Shown here: positions 18,881 through 28,242 of the stretch, in pieces
Position numbering within the stretch: the first letter of the stretch is position 1
How the letters are laid out: each line of letters begins with the position of its first letter
NCBI GenBank assembly: GCA_029858565.1
Contig: JAOUEV010000033.1
Span: 1-39,296, forward strand
Length of the DNA stretch: 39,296 nucleotides
Source: Nitrospirota bacterium
GTDB lineage: Bacteria > Nitrospirota > UBA9217
Direction of reading: 5' to 3'
Position numbers and translations under genes: made by a program
Notes under the pieces: model-generated
The model's input: the letters and a program-made list of their open reading frames with translations, nothing else
Told to the model about the DNA's origin: nothing
Databases searched by the model: none

Positions 18881-19270
18881 TTGACCTTCGATGTTGCTGC
18901 GTTCAGAAAGGCGTTCCCGGAATTTAACGATACGGAGTTGTATCCGACTCCTATGGTTGACTTCTGGGTCGACTTTATCTCGCAGCAAGTCGTCGAGTGC
19001 GTCTGGAAGAGAAGTTGGAACATGGGCGTGAGTTTGTATCTCGCCCATGAACTAACGCTCGCGCGCCAGAACGCCGCAGCCGCCGCGATCGGCGGAACTC
19101 CCGGACAGCAAGGCGGAGTCGCAACCTCGAAGACCGTCGGATCGGTCGCCGTTCAATACGACGCTCAGTCGATGTCCGAAAAGGACGCCGGCTACTGGAA
19201 CCTCACCACGTATGGGAAGCAGTTCATCCGGCTCGTCCGGATCTTCGGCGCCGGGTGTGTCCAGCTATGA
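18881..19270 (+). CDS. head-tail adaptor (DUF4054)
   Basis: FRKAFPEF, LYLAH, SKTVGSVAVQY, WNLTTYG. Confidence 0.85.
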   Translation: MTFDVAAFRKAFPEFNDTELYPTPMVDFWVDFISQQVVECVWKRSWNMGVSLYLAHELTLARQNAAAAAIGGTPGQQGGVATSKTVGSVAVQYDAQSMSEKDAGYWNLTTYGKQFIRLVRIFGAGCVQL

Positions 19271-19791
19271 GCAAGCCCACTCTGAAAGTCACGAAGGACT
19301 TCACCAAACAGTTCAACGATGCCGTCAAGAAATTCCAGTACGATAAGGTACTCGTGGGAATTCCTGAGGACACCGATGCACGCAAAGAGACCGGCGAAGA
19401 TCAGATGATCGGAAACGCCGCGCTCCTCGCCATCGCGAACTTCGGTTCGCCGATGAACAACATCCCGCCGTGGCCGATCATGGCGATCGGGATTCGAAAC
19501 GCCCAAGACTCGATCGCGGAGCAATTCAAAGTCTGCGCTCAGAAAGTTCTCTCTTCTCTGGTGGGTGGTTCCAGTGGCTTAGACGCCATGGACACCTATT
19601 ACAACCGCGCTGGTTTAATCGCCTCTACTTCCGTGAAGAAAGTCATCAACTCGCAGGAGGACGTGCCGCCTAATAAGCCGTCCGATGCGACGATGCGCTC
19701 GCGGAAGGCCATCGGCTTCAAGGGCGACAAGTACTGGCTCGTCACTGGGCAGATGAGGAATGCGATAACGTACGTTGTGAGGGGGCGGTAG
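19267..19791 (+). CDS. neck/tail-completion protein
   Basis: ATG at 19267 (ATGA overlap); VLVGIP, NFGSP..NIP, TGQMRNAITYVV. Confidence 0.75.
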   Translation: MSKPTLKVTKDFTKQFNDAVKKFQYDKVLVGIPEDTDARKETGEDQMIGNAALLAIANFGSPMNNIPPWPIMAIGIRNAQDSIAEQFKVCAQKVLSSLVGGSSGLDAMDTYYNRAGLIASTSVKKVINSQEDVPPNKPSDATMRSRKAIGFKGDKYWLVTGQMRNAITYVVRGR

Positions 19792-20157
19792 ATGGCGAAG
19801 ATCGACGTCTCCGAACTGCTCCTCGATCCGGACTTCGTGGACCGCATGACGGTCGTCACGCGTACGCCCGTCGTGAACTCCAAAGGCGAGAACGTCATCA
19901 CCGACGTACCTCTCGAAACCGTAGGCAGCGTGCAACCCGCGAGCGGACGTACGATCCAGAAACTCCCGGAAGCCATGCGAGTCGCCAACATCTCGAGCTT
20001 CTGGTTCAAGGGCAAGATCATCGCATCCGAGCCCGGCAAATATTCGAGTATCATCGTTTTCAAAGGTCTCCGCTACCAAGTGCAGACGGTCTTCGACTGG
20101 TCGAACTGGGGCGCCGGCTGGAGTGAAGGTACCTGTATCGCGGAGGTGCCGGCGTGA
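19792..20157 (+). CDS. head closure/head-tail joining protein
   Basis: Position and size; GSVQPA...LPE, YQV..V.DW. Confidence 0.65.
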   Translation: MAKIDVSELLLDPDFVDRMTVVTRTPVVNSKGENVITDVPLETVGSVQPASGRTIQKLPEAMRVANISSFWFKGKIIASEPGKYSSIIVFKGLRYQVQTVFDWSNWGAGWSEGTCIAEVPA

Positions 20158-20777
20158 GTCAGCATACGACGGCGACAGGTGGGATTTTAATCCCAGCACC
20201 GAAGACGCCCGAACTCAATACGACGCCGGCCGGGTTGACCTTCGTTCAATTCGTACAGCAGCTGCTCGTCGGCCTCTCGACGTTTCCCGGCAACCTCGTG
20301 CGCCCCGAGTGGCAGCGCGAGCCCGCGAAGCAGCCCGACATCAACACCGACTGGCTCGCGTTCGGGCTTGGACAGGCGCAGGCCGACTTCAACTCTTATA
20401 TCGCGATCGAGACGGCGGAAGATCTGCCGGCTCCGAGCCTCCAGCGAAAAGAACTCGTCCCGGTCAGCATCTCGGTCTACGGCCCCAACGCCTACGACAA
20501 TATCGGACTGATCCGCGACGGTTTCCAACTTACACAGAATCTGGCGTCGCTTCGTCAAGCCAACATCGGCTTCATCGGCGACGCGCCGGCGATTCACGTC
20601 CCGGACTTTTTCAACGAGCGATGGTACGACCGCTGGCGCATGGAGATCCAACTCTCCCGCGTCGTCAAACGGGTATACCCGCTCCTCTCGTTTGTTTCGG
20701 CACAGGGCACGATCTACACCCAGACAGCAGCAGATCAAAACTACGAACTGCCCTTTGCGGCGGAGGAAGAAGCATGA
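20154..20777 (+). CDS. neck/tail terminator protein
   Basis: VRPEWQ...P.QP...WLAFG, YGPNA; upstream of the sheath. Confidence 0.7.
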   Translation: MSQHTTATGGILIPAPKTPELNTTPAGLTFVQFVQQLLVGLSTFPGNLVRPEWQREPAKQPDINTDWLAFGLGQAQADFNSYIAIETAEDLPAPSLQRKELVPVSISVYGPNAYDNIGLIRDGFQLTQNLASLRQANIGFIGDAPAIHVPDFFNERWYDRWRMEIQLSRVVKRVYPLLSFVSAQGTIYTQTAADQNYELPFAAEEEA

Positions 20778-21520
20778 AACTACTCTTGTTTATATTATCT
20801 TTTGTATTATGCGCGCCCGCCTTCTCGGCGTCGCTCGCGCCTACGAAGGCGATGCCGGTCGAGAAAGTCCTGGTGCTTTCGACGGCTACCATCACCGGGA
20901 CCGCAGCCTCGGGCACGATAAAGCTCGACACCAATCCCGGCGACACCGACACGATCACTCTGAACGGCACCACGGTCACCTTCGTGGCCGTGGTGCCCGG
21001 CGCTAACGAAGTGCAAATTGGCGTAGACGTCGCGACGACTTACGCAAGCCTCCTAGCGTTCTTACAAGCTTCGGCGGACACGCAGATCGTAAAGTGTACC
21101 TACGCGACGATCGCCACGAATCAGCTGAGAGCGACGTATAAGACCCTCGGCGTCGCGGGCAACTCCTTCACGCTCGCGAAATCGAGCACGCACATCACGC
21201 TCTCCGGAGCGGCCCTCGCCGGCGGCACCGCCACGCAGACCGTAAGTACGATAAATACGAACGGCCTCACCTTGGTGGGAATTCAACTACCGGCAGCGTT
21301 CACCAGCACGACTCTTACGTTCAATGCCTCGATCGACGGATCTACGTGGCAGCAGGTGTACTCGACGACTTCGGGTACGGCTCTCTCCTATACGGTCGCG
21401 CAAGGTCGCTACATCGCGATAGATCCGGCTCCGTTTTACGGCGTCAAGTACCTTCAAATCAAAACTGGTTCGGATGAGACTGCCGCGCGCACTCTTACCG
21501 TTTCACTGAAAGGATTTTAA
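20774..21520 (+). CDS. Sec signal-peptide protein carrying a sheath-like inserted domain
   Basis: GGAGG RBS and ATG at 20774 (the track extension to 20123 is spurious); MKLLLFILSFVLCAPAFSA| leader; 248 aa. Confidence 0.8.
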   Translation: MKLLLFILSFVLCAPAFSASLAPTKAMPVEKVLVLSTATITGTAASGTIKLDTNPGDTDTITLNGTTVTFVAVVPGANEVQIGVDVATTYASLLAFLQASADTQIVKCTYATIATNQLRATYKTLGVAGNSFTLAKSSTHITLSGAALAGGTATQTVSTINTNGLTLVGIQLPAAFTSTTLTFNASIDGSTWQQVYSTTSGTALSYTVAQGRYIAIDPAPFYGVKYLQIKTGSDETAARTLTVSLKGF

Positions 21521-21522
21521 CC

Positions 21523-23364
21523 ATGCTATCAGTCAATAGACTTATCAGAGTTACGGTCAGTGTCGGCGCGGCTCCCGCAGTCGGACGCGATTTCAACACT
21601 CTCTGTATCGCCGGCGATTCCGATGTGATCTCCGGCCTCGAACGCCTCCGTTCGTATTCGTCTTATGAAGCCGTCGCGAACGACTTCGGCGTGGCCGCTC
21701 CCGAGAGCGAAGCCGCTGCTCTCTACTTCGGCCAGGTCCCTCAACCGACGTCATTGATGGTCGGTCGATGGATCGCGTCTGCTTCGCACGGGTTTAACCT
21801 CGGCGCGATCTTGACCGCGAACCAACAGCTACTGTCCAACTGGACCAGCATCACGACGGGAGCCTTCAAGGTCTCGATCGACGGCGGAGTTCTCACGGCG
21901 GTTACGACGTGTGATTTCTCAGCCGTCACGAACCTGAACGGCGTCGCATCCGTGATCTCCGCGCGCTTGACGGCGGCATTGCTCGCTGCGACCTGCGTAT
22001 GGACCGGCTCGGCCTTCAAGATCATCTCGGACGCAACCGGAGCCGGCGCGTACGCCTCGGGCTTCATGTCGATCTCGGGTCAACCGACGGCGGGCGATTC
22101 CTTCACCGTCAACGGCACCGCCGTTACCTTCGTGGCCTCGAGCCCCGTCGGAAACCAAGTCGTCATCGGCGCCGACGCTGCGGCCACGATCCAGAACTTG
22201 CTGACCTTCCTGCAGCAATCGTTAAACGCCAATATCGACGACGCGACCTACGCGTTGAACGCCTCCAGCAACCTGAAGATCGACGTGATCGACAAGCTGC
22301 CCGGTACCGCCGGCAACTCGTTCTCGCTGGTCAAATCCGGTTCGAACCTCGCAGTATCGGGAGCGACCCTCTCGGGCGGCGTCCAGCCTTCGTCGGTAGG
22401 ATACGTAGTATCGCCGGCCTCGGGCGCGGACATCTCCACGCAACTCGGCCTGACCGCCGACGAAAGCCAAGCCCTGGTGAGCGGATACGCAGCGGAGACC
22501 CCGGTGCAAGCGGCGGCAGCGCTGGCCGCGAAGTCCACCATCTGGTACGGCCTGACCTTCGCGGCGACCACCGCGATCACGTCGGCTCAGTACCTCTCGG
22601 TCGCGGACTTCATCGAGGCCCTTTCGGTGACCCGCATGCTCGGTATCTCGACGAGCGATACGGGCTGCCTCTCTTCCCTGGTCACGAACGACATCGGGTC
22701 GCTGGTTGAAGCAGCGGGCTATAACCAGACATTCGTTGACTACTCGTCCTTTGAACCCTACGTCGCAGCGTCGATGTTCGGTCGTATGTTCTCCGTCGAC
22801 TTCGACGCGCAGAATTCGACGATCGAGTTGATGTACAAGCAGATGCCGGGAGTGCAGGCCGAGAATCTTTCCGAAGATCAGGCCAACGCCCTGCAGGCGA
22901 AGAACATCAACGTCTTCGTCGGGTACGATAACGACACGTCGATCATTCAGTACGGCACGATGGGCTCCGGCAACTTCATCGATGAAGTGTGGGGTCTCGA
23001 TTGGTTCCAAAATGCCGTGCAGACCGCCGTCTACAATCTCTTCTACACCGCGACGACGAAGATTCCGCAGACCGATGCCGGTCAGAATCAGATCTCGAAC
23101 GCATGTGGAAAAGTCTGTGGAAATCAGCCCGGAGGCGCGGTGTGGAACGGCCTCGCCGGCCCCGGCGTCTGGAACTCCTCGACGGTGTTCGGAAGCCTCA
23201 CCACGGGTCAGTACCTGCCTCTGGGGTACTACATCTTCGCGCCGTCGGTTGACCTGCAGAGCGAAGCTGACCGCGCGGCTCGTAAGGCCCCGCCCACACA
23301 GATCGCATTGAAATTGGCCGGCGCGTTCCAAGAAGCGGACGTGATCGTAACCGTAAACCGTTAA
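21523..23364 (+). CDS. tail sheath protein (DUF3383)
   Basis: V..DFG...PE..AA.LYFGQ.P.P, YKQ.PG, FIDE..GLDW, KIPQTD.G, RAARK.P. Confidence 0.9.
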   Translation: MLSVNRLIRVTVSVGAAPAVGRDFNTLCIAGDSDVISGLERLRSYSSYEAVANDFGVAAPESEAAALYFGQVPQPTSLMVGRWIASASHGFNLGAILTANQQLLSNWTSITTGAFKVSIDGGVLTAVTTCDFSAVTNLNGVASVISARLTAALLAATCVWTGSAFKIISDATGAGAYASGFMSISGQPTAGDSFTVNGTAVTFVASSPVGNQVVIGADAAATIQNLLTFLQQSLNANIDDATYALNASSNLKIDVIDKLPGTAGNSFSLVKSGSNLAVSGATLSGGVQPSSVGYVVSPASGADISTQLGLTADESQALVSGYAAETPVQAAAALAAKSTIWYGLTFAATTAITSAQYLSVADFIEALSVTRMLGISTSDTGCLSSLVTNDIGSLVEAAGYNQTFVDYSSFEPYVAASMFGRMFSVDFDAQNSTIELMYKQMPGVQAENLSEDQANALQAKNINVFVGYDNDTSIIQYGTMGSGNFIDEVWGLDWFQNAVQTAVYNLFYTATTKIPQTDAGQNQISNACGKVCGNQPGGAVWNGLAGPGVWNSSTVFGSLTTGQYLPLGYYIFAPSVDLQSEADRAARKAPPTQIALKLAGAFQEADVIVTVNR

Positions 23365-23374
23365 GGAGTGACCG

Positions 23375-23815
23375 ATGACCGCATATAGTTTTCTCAATAT
23401 TGTCGCAGCGATCGCCGGTCCCGGCATCGCCCTCAACCTCGGTGCTGGTGCCGCGGTTGCGGAAGAAGGTATCTCGATCGCGCCCAGCGAAGACAAGAAC
23501 TCGATGGTGATCGGTGCCGACGGCGCCGGCCAGCATACGTTGATCGCGTCAAACGGAGGCTTGCTCACGATGCGCTTCCTGAAGACGTCGCCGACGAACG
23601 GGTTCCTGCAGCTGGCGTACGACTTCCAAGCCGCGAGCTCGGCGCTCTGGGGCCAAAACCTCATCACGATCGCCGACACCGCGCGCTTGGAACTGACGAC
23701 CTGCCAGTCTTGCGCGTTCAAGAAGAAACCCGAACTTGTCTATGACAAGGCCGGCCCGATGATCGAGTGGACTTTCGACTCCCTCGCGATCAACTCGGTT
23801 CTCGGTATCAAGTAG
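23375..23815 (+). CDS. tail tube protein (DUF3277-like)
   Basis: YSF, EEGI, IGADG, KTSPTN, EWTF; follows the sheath. Confidence 0.85.
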   Translation: MTAYSFLNIVAAIAGPGIALNLGAGAAVAEEGISIAPSEDKNSMVIGADGAGQHTLIASNGGLLTMRFLKTSPTNGFLQLAYDFQAASSALWGQNLITIADTARLELTTCQSCAFKKKPELVYDKAGPMIEWTFDSLAINSVLGIK

Positions 23816-23829
23816 ATTAGGGGCTCGAG

Positions 23830-24261
23830 ATGACGAACGAGTTCAAAATCGGTGATAAGAATTTCAAGATCGGAAAGCTCGATGCTTTCCGGCAGTTCCA
23901 TATCGTACGCCGGATCTCTCCGCTTCTCGCCGAGGTCATGCCGTCTATCGCGAGCATGAGCAAGGCTGCGAAGAACGCGGACAATCTGACGGAAGACGAG
24001 AAGCTCGACGAGTTCGCCAAGATCGCGCAACCGATTCTGGCGGGCCTCTCGAAGCTCTCCGACGCGGACGCGGACTACGTGCTCTACCGACTTCTCAGTG
24101 TGGTGGAGGTCGAGCAACCGCAGTTCCGTACCTGGGCGAAGATTGCGACCGACACCGGCTTGGTGATGCAGGACCTCGAACTCCCGGTGCTGCTGCAAGC
24201 GGCCGGCCGGGCGTTGATGTTCAACCTGTCCGGTTTTTTCGCTTTACTCCCCCAAAAGTAA
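23830..24261 (+). CDS. tail assembly chaperone
   Basis: KLDAF.QFHI.RRI.P; lies between tube and tape measure genes. Confidence 0.85.
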   Translation: MTNEFKIGDKNFKIGKLDAFRQFHIVRRISPLLAEVMPSIASMSKAAKNADNLTEDEKLDEFAKIAQPILAGLSKLSDADADYVLYRLLSVVEVEQPQFRTWAKIATDTGLVMQDLELPVLLQAAGRALMFNLSGFFALLPQK

Positions 24262-24473
24262 CCCTCGGGGGAGGAGACACAGATGGGGTCGAGTGGGTTA
24301 GACTGGTCGATGATGAAGACTGGCTGCTCCGCCCGGCGATCGAAGGGATTTGCAAGTATGAGAGCTTGAAGGACGCAACCCTCGATCTCGAAGACGTCGC
24401 GCGCATGAATGCCGCGCTCGACGTAAAGGCCGAGAACGAGAAGCGCTGGAGGAAGGCGCAGGAGAATAAGTAA
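24234..24473 (+). CDS. -1 frameshift extension of the tail assembly chaperone
   Basis: Slippery T TTT TTC at 24234-24240; -1 frame reads ...VEWVRLVDDEDWLLRPAIEGICKYESLKDATLDLEDVARMNAALDVKAENE...; its stop overlaps the tape measure ATG. Confidence 0.75.
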   Translation, partial: FFRFTPPKVTLGGGDTDGVEWVRLVDDEDWLLRPAIEGICKYESLKDATLDLEDVARMNAALDVKAENEKRWRKAQENK

Positions 24474-25714
24474 TGGCTCAGACCGACGGCGACATCATAA
24501 AATCTTTCTTGGTGGGCCTCGGCTTCCAGGTCGACGAGAAGTCGCTGCGTATCTTCAACTCCGAGATCGCAAAGTCCGCAACCCGCATCACCGCCCTCTA
24601 CACCGCCGTCAACGCTTTCGCCGGCGCAATCGTATTCGCTTTTTCAAAAATCTCTGAAGGGTTCGAGGAGATGGGGTACCAGTACCACATCGTCGCGCCC
24701 GCAATAAACAAAGCCATAGTTCTCCGGCGGGAACTGATGAAGGCGTACGGAGCCGCCGGGATAAACATACGAAAGACGATCGTCGACTCGATAAAGCTGA
24801 ACATGTCGCTCACCAAGACGAAGTTCGCTTTCGAGGCGATCTATAAGTCCGTGGCGTCAAGGTTTTTTGGAGAACTCACCAGGCAGTCAGACGCCTTTCG
24901 GAAACGCCTCTACGAGAATATGCCGTACATTATTAACGCGCTCGAGAAGCTCGTGAAGGTTACCTTCAAGGCCTTCAAAGCCGTAACCATCCTCGGTGGT
25001 CGAGTTTGGTCAATTCTCTCGCGTGTGTACGATTTCTTCGTTACGCTGCATAAAGCCACGGACGGTTGGTCAACCATCGTCATCGGGTTGGCCGCAGCAT
25101 GGAGGCTGCTCAATTTAGCTTTCATCGCGACCCCGCTCGGAGCCCTCCTGACCGGATTCGTCGCGCTTCTCGCGTTGTTCGATGACTTCAAGACTTGGCA
25201 GGAGGGCGGTAAGTCGCTCTTCGACTGGTCTTCGTTCGTGCCGGTAATCAACGCCGTGACCTCGGCCCTGCTGGGCATGAAGAAGGTCCTCGACGGCGTG
25301 TTCACGGTCATCTTCGAAGTCGGCGGCGCGATCTACGAATACTTCTCGGGCAACAGCTTCGCCGCCATCGAGCATCTGAAAAACGCTTTCCAGGGACTCG
25401 GCACCATCGTCAACGGCGTATGGGATACGATCAAGGGGCTCGCCTCCTCGATCGGCGCTCTCGGAACCTGGGGCGGGGGCCTCTACGAGAAGTTCTTCGG
25501 CAACGGGCAGACGCCGCAGGCGTTCAATCCGCAGCAGACCGCGCCTCTCGGGTCGACACCGCCTCCGGGCCGACAGACGACGAACGCCAACATGCAGACA
25601 TCGATCAATATCACGGGCTCGCCGAACGCCGACGCGACCGCGCGCCTGACGGCCCAGCAACAGCAGAACGTGAACCGTGACTTCGTTCGCAACTTGAAAG
25701 GGGCGACTCGTTGA
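24473..25714 (+). CDS. tape measure protein
   Basis: IKSFLVGLGF start, helical and hydrophobic composition, LFDDF..WQEGGKSL.DW; position after the chaperones. Confidence 0.85.
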   Translation: MAQTDGDIIKSFLVGLGFQVDEKSLRIFNSEIAKSATRITALYTAVNAFAGAIVFAFSKISEGFEEMGYQYHIVAPAINKAIVLRRELMKAYGAAGINIRKTIVDSIKLNMSLTKTKFAFEAIYKSVASRFFGELTRQSDAFRKRLYENMPYIINALEKLVKVTFKAFKAVTILGGRVWSILSRVYDFFVTLHKATDGWSTIVIGLAAAWRLLNLAFIATPLGALLTGFVALLALFDDFKTWQEGGKSLFDWSSFVPVINAVTSALLGMKKVLDGVFTVIFEVGGAIYEYFSGNSFAAIEHLKNAFQGLGTIVNGVWDTIKGLASSIGALGTWGGGLYEKFFGNGQTPQAFNPQQTAPLGSTPPPGRQTTNANMQTSINITGSPNADATARLTAQQQQNVNRDFVRNLKGATR

Positions 25715-26241
25715 GTTTTCTAAGCCAGCCGCTTCAGGATATTCTTCTCAAGCCCTCGCGTAAGCTCGGCAACATCGCCGTACAGGTCGTCGTCAATGAG
25801 CAGGCGACCGATACGCTGACCATCACGAAGCAGCCGGTCCAGCAGGGCGCGAGCGTCACCGACCACGCCTACATGGAACCGACGACCTTCTCTCACACGA
25901 TATATTTCTCGTCCGGCTCGACGACCCTCGGCTTCTTCGGCGCCAAGTCGCTCGACCAGATCTATCAGGAACTCCGGACGCTGCAGTCGTCGGCGATTCC
26001 CTTCGATATTGTCACGCCGAAGCGCATTTACAAAAGCATGTTGATGGCGTCGCTCACGCAGACGACCGACAAGCTCACCGAGAACTGCCTCGCGATCCAC
26101 GCGACGTACCAACAAGTCATCTTCGTGCCGGTGCTCGCGACGACGGTCCCTCGCATAAATCAAAAGAATCCGGGCTCGAACGGAGCCACGCAAAACGGCG
26201 GCTCGAAGTCGGCCCTCTTCACTCTCTTCGGAGGCGGATAG
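25711..26241 (+). CDS. baseplate/tail tube initiator protein
   Basis: TIT.QPVQQGA.VTDHAY..P, F.IVT.KRIY..M. Confidence 0.75.
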   Translation: MSFLSQPLQDILLKPSRKLGNIAVQVVVNEQATDTLTITKQPVQQGASVTDHAYMEPTTFSHTIYFSSGSTTLGFFGAKSLDQIYQELRTLQSSAIPFDIVTPKRIYKSMLMASLTQTTDKLTENCLAIHATYQQVIFVPVLATTVPRINQKNPGSNGATQNGGSKSALFTLFGGG

Positions 26242-26562
26242 ATGACGAGCTTCCTTATTCCTCTGGTGAATATTCCGCAGCAGTTCACGATCGACCTCGC
26301 CGGCGTCACGTATACACTTGTAAACAAGTGGAACGACATCTCGCAAGGCTGGATTCTCGACATCCTCGACGGCTCTCAGAACCCCATCGTATGCGGCATT
26401 CCCTTCGTGACCGGCACCGATCTCCTCGCCGGCCTCGAGTACCTCGGCATCAATGGCGAGCTTATCGTCTACACGAACGGCGATCAGTGGGCGGTCCCGA
26501 CGCTGAACAACCTCGGCGTCGATTCAAACCTCTATTTCCAAACGGACGCGGTAGATGGCTAA
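26242..26562 (+). CDS. baseplate protein
   Basis: QQFTI.L.G..Y, W.LDI.D, GIP.VTG.DLL. Confidence 0.7.
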   Translation: MTSFLIPLVNIPQQFTIDLAGVTYTLVNKWNDISQGWILDILDGSQNPIVCGIPFVTGTDLLAGLEYLGINGELIVYTNGDQWAVPTLNNLGVDSNLYFQTDAVDG

Positions 26563-27541
26563 CCAAGTCGTAGTGCCCGAAGGCGCATCAGCCCAGCCCG
26601 AGAACAACCTCCAGTACCGGAGGCATTTCTCTTTGATCGTGACGGGCACGAACATCGACGGGCCGAACGGTCTCGATCTCTCGGCTCTCCACTGTAAATT
26701 CTCGGTGAAGCGCTCGAGCAATATGACTCCGAACTGCGCCGACATCCGCGTCTATAACCTCGATCAGAACACGGCGCTGAAAATCAAAAAGCAGTACACC
26801 CAGGTCATCATCCAGGGCGGATACAACTCGAACTTCGGCGTCATCTTCAAGGGCAACATCAAGCAGGTCATCATAGGCCGGGAGTCGGCGACCGATACGT
26901 TCATCGACCTCAACTGCGGCGACGGCGATCTCGCTTACAACTACGCGGTCGTCAACACCTCGATCGCCAGCGGAAGCTCGATGGCGGACCAACTGAAACA
27001 GATCACGGCCCCGATGACCTCTCTCCAGACCGCCCTTGGTGGGACTCAGCCGGAGTTCCAGCCGACGATTTTACCTAGAGGGAAGACGCTCTGGGGCACA
27101 TCGCGCGACTATCTCCGTACATTCGCGCAGCAGAACGATCTCACGTGGTCGATCCAGAACGAGCAAGTCGAGTTCATCCGGCAGCAAGGGTACGCGCCCG
27201 GCGAGGCAGTCGTGCTCACCAGCAAGACGGGCATGATCGGGACGCCGCAACAGACCAATATCGGCGTCAACGTGGTCTGCCTTATGAACCCGCTCATCAA
27301 TCCCGGCCGGCGAATCAAGATCGACAATGCCTCGGTCGCGCAGCTGAAAATCGACCTCGGGAATCCGAAAGACCCGGTGAACCTGGCCCCTCCGCTGACC
27401 GCCGACGGCGTGTACTACGCTCTCGTGATCGAGCAGCAGGGCGATAACCGCGGCCTCGATTGGTATTCGAAAGTCATCTGCTGTACGGTGAATCCGTCGA
27501 CGAACCCCATCAACAGCGTACCAGTGAGTTACGGACCATGA
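26555..27541 (+). CDS. baseplate hub protein
   Basis: A.IRVYNL, IF.G.I, GDGD.AY, PRGK, WSIQ, TGMIG.P. Confidence 0.8.
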   Translation: MANQVVVPEGASAQPENNLQYRRHFSLIVTGTNIDGPNGLDLSALHCKFSVKRSSNMTPNCADIRVYNLDQNTALKIKKQYTQVIIQGGYNSNFGVIFKGNIKQVIIGRESATDTFIDLNCGDGDLAYNYAVVNTSIASGSSMADQLKQITAPMTSLQTALGGTQPEFQPTILPRGKTLWGTSRDYLRTFAQQNDLTWSIQNEQVEFIRQQGYAPGEAVVLTSKTGMIGTPQQTNIGVNVVCLMNPLINPGRRIKIDNASVAQLKIDLGNPKDPVNLAPPLTADGVYYALVIEQQGDNRGLDWYSKVICCTVNPSTNPINSVPVSYGP

Positions 27542-28242
27542 GCGAAGATCCACGGCAGTACCTCAACGATAACGAAGAAGGCACGCGGCTTGCGCAAGAC
27601 GGCCATCAGGCGCGTATCTGGACGGCGATGCCTGGCATCGTTCAGTCGGTCGACCTCACGAAGATGACCTGCGTAGTTCAACTCGCGATCCAAGGTCGCG
27701 CCGAGCAGTCCGACGGAACCCTTGTATACAAAAACATTGCACTCCTCCAAGATGTGCCGATTGTATTCCCGCGAGCGGGAGGGTTTACGATTACCTTCCC
27801 GCTCGCGGCGGGCGACGAAGTGCTCGTCGTCTTCGCTTCTCGCTGCATCGATGCTTGGTGGCAGAACGGCGGGTACGAGAACAAGCCGATGGAATTCCGA
27901 ATGCACGACCTCTCGGACGGCTTCGCGATTCCGGGGCCGAGTTCGCAGCCGAAGAAGATCGCGGCCATCTCGACGACTGAGATCCAGATCCGAAACGACT
28001 CAGGTGACACGTATCTCTCGATCGTGAAGGCCACGAAGAAATTCGGCATGAAAAATCCGACGACCGATCTCAAGACCATAATGACCGATCTCGAAAGCGC
28101 GTTGAATACGTTTGCGACGACGCTCGCGGGATACGGCGGGGGCGGAGCGCCGGCGACCCAAGCGCAACTGCAAGCCCCCGGTGCGGCCTTGCAAGCGGCG
28201 CTGGTGCCGATTCTGACCAACATAGGAGCGCTTCTCAAATGA
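27538..28242 (+). CDS. baseplate spike (Gp138/gpV-like)
   Basis: ATG at 27538; TAMPGIV, DVPIVFP.AGG..ITFP...GDE.LVVF..RCID.W, RMHDLSD.FAIPG. Confidence 0.85.
   Translation: MSEDPRQYLNDNEEGTRLAQDGHQARIWTAMPGIVQSVDLTKMTCVVQLAIQGRAEQSDGTLVYKNIALLQDVPIVFPRAGGFTITFPLAAGDEVLVVFASRCIDAWWQNGGYENKPMEFRMHDLSDGFAIPGPSSQPKKIAAISTTEIQIRNDSGDTYLSIVKATKKFGMKNPTTDLKTIMTDLESALNTFATTLAGYGGGGAPATQAQLQAPGAALQAALVPILTNIGALLK

Noticed and set aside
20123-20773. N-terminal 217 aa of track ORF 20123..21520
   Set aside because: Overlaps the tail terminator gene out of frame and reads as Arg-rich noise; a strong RBS and ATG lie at 20774.
9431-23721. Long antisense ORFs (9431..10483, 16000..16968, 17852..18853, 22222..23721)
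   Set aside because: Expected shadows of GC-rich, codon-biased sense genes; no RBS or recognisable motifs.
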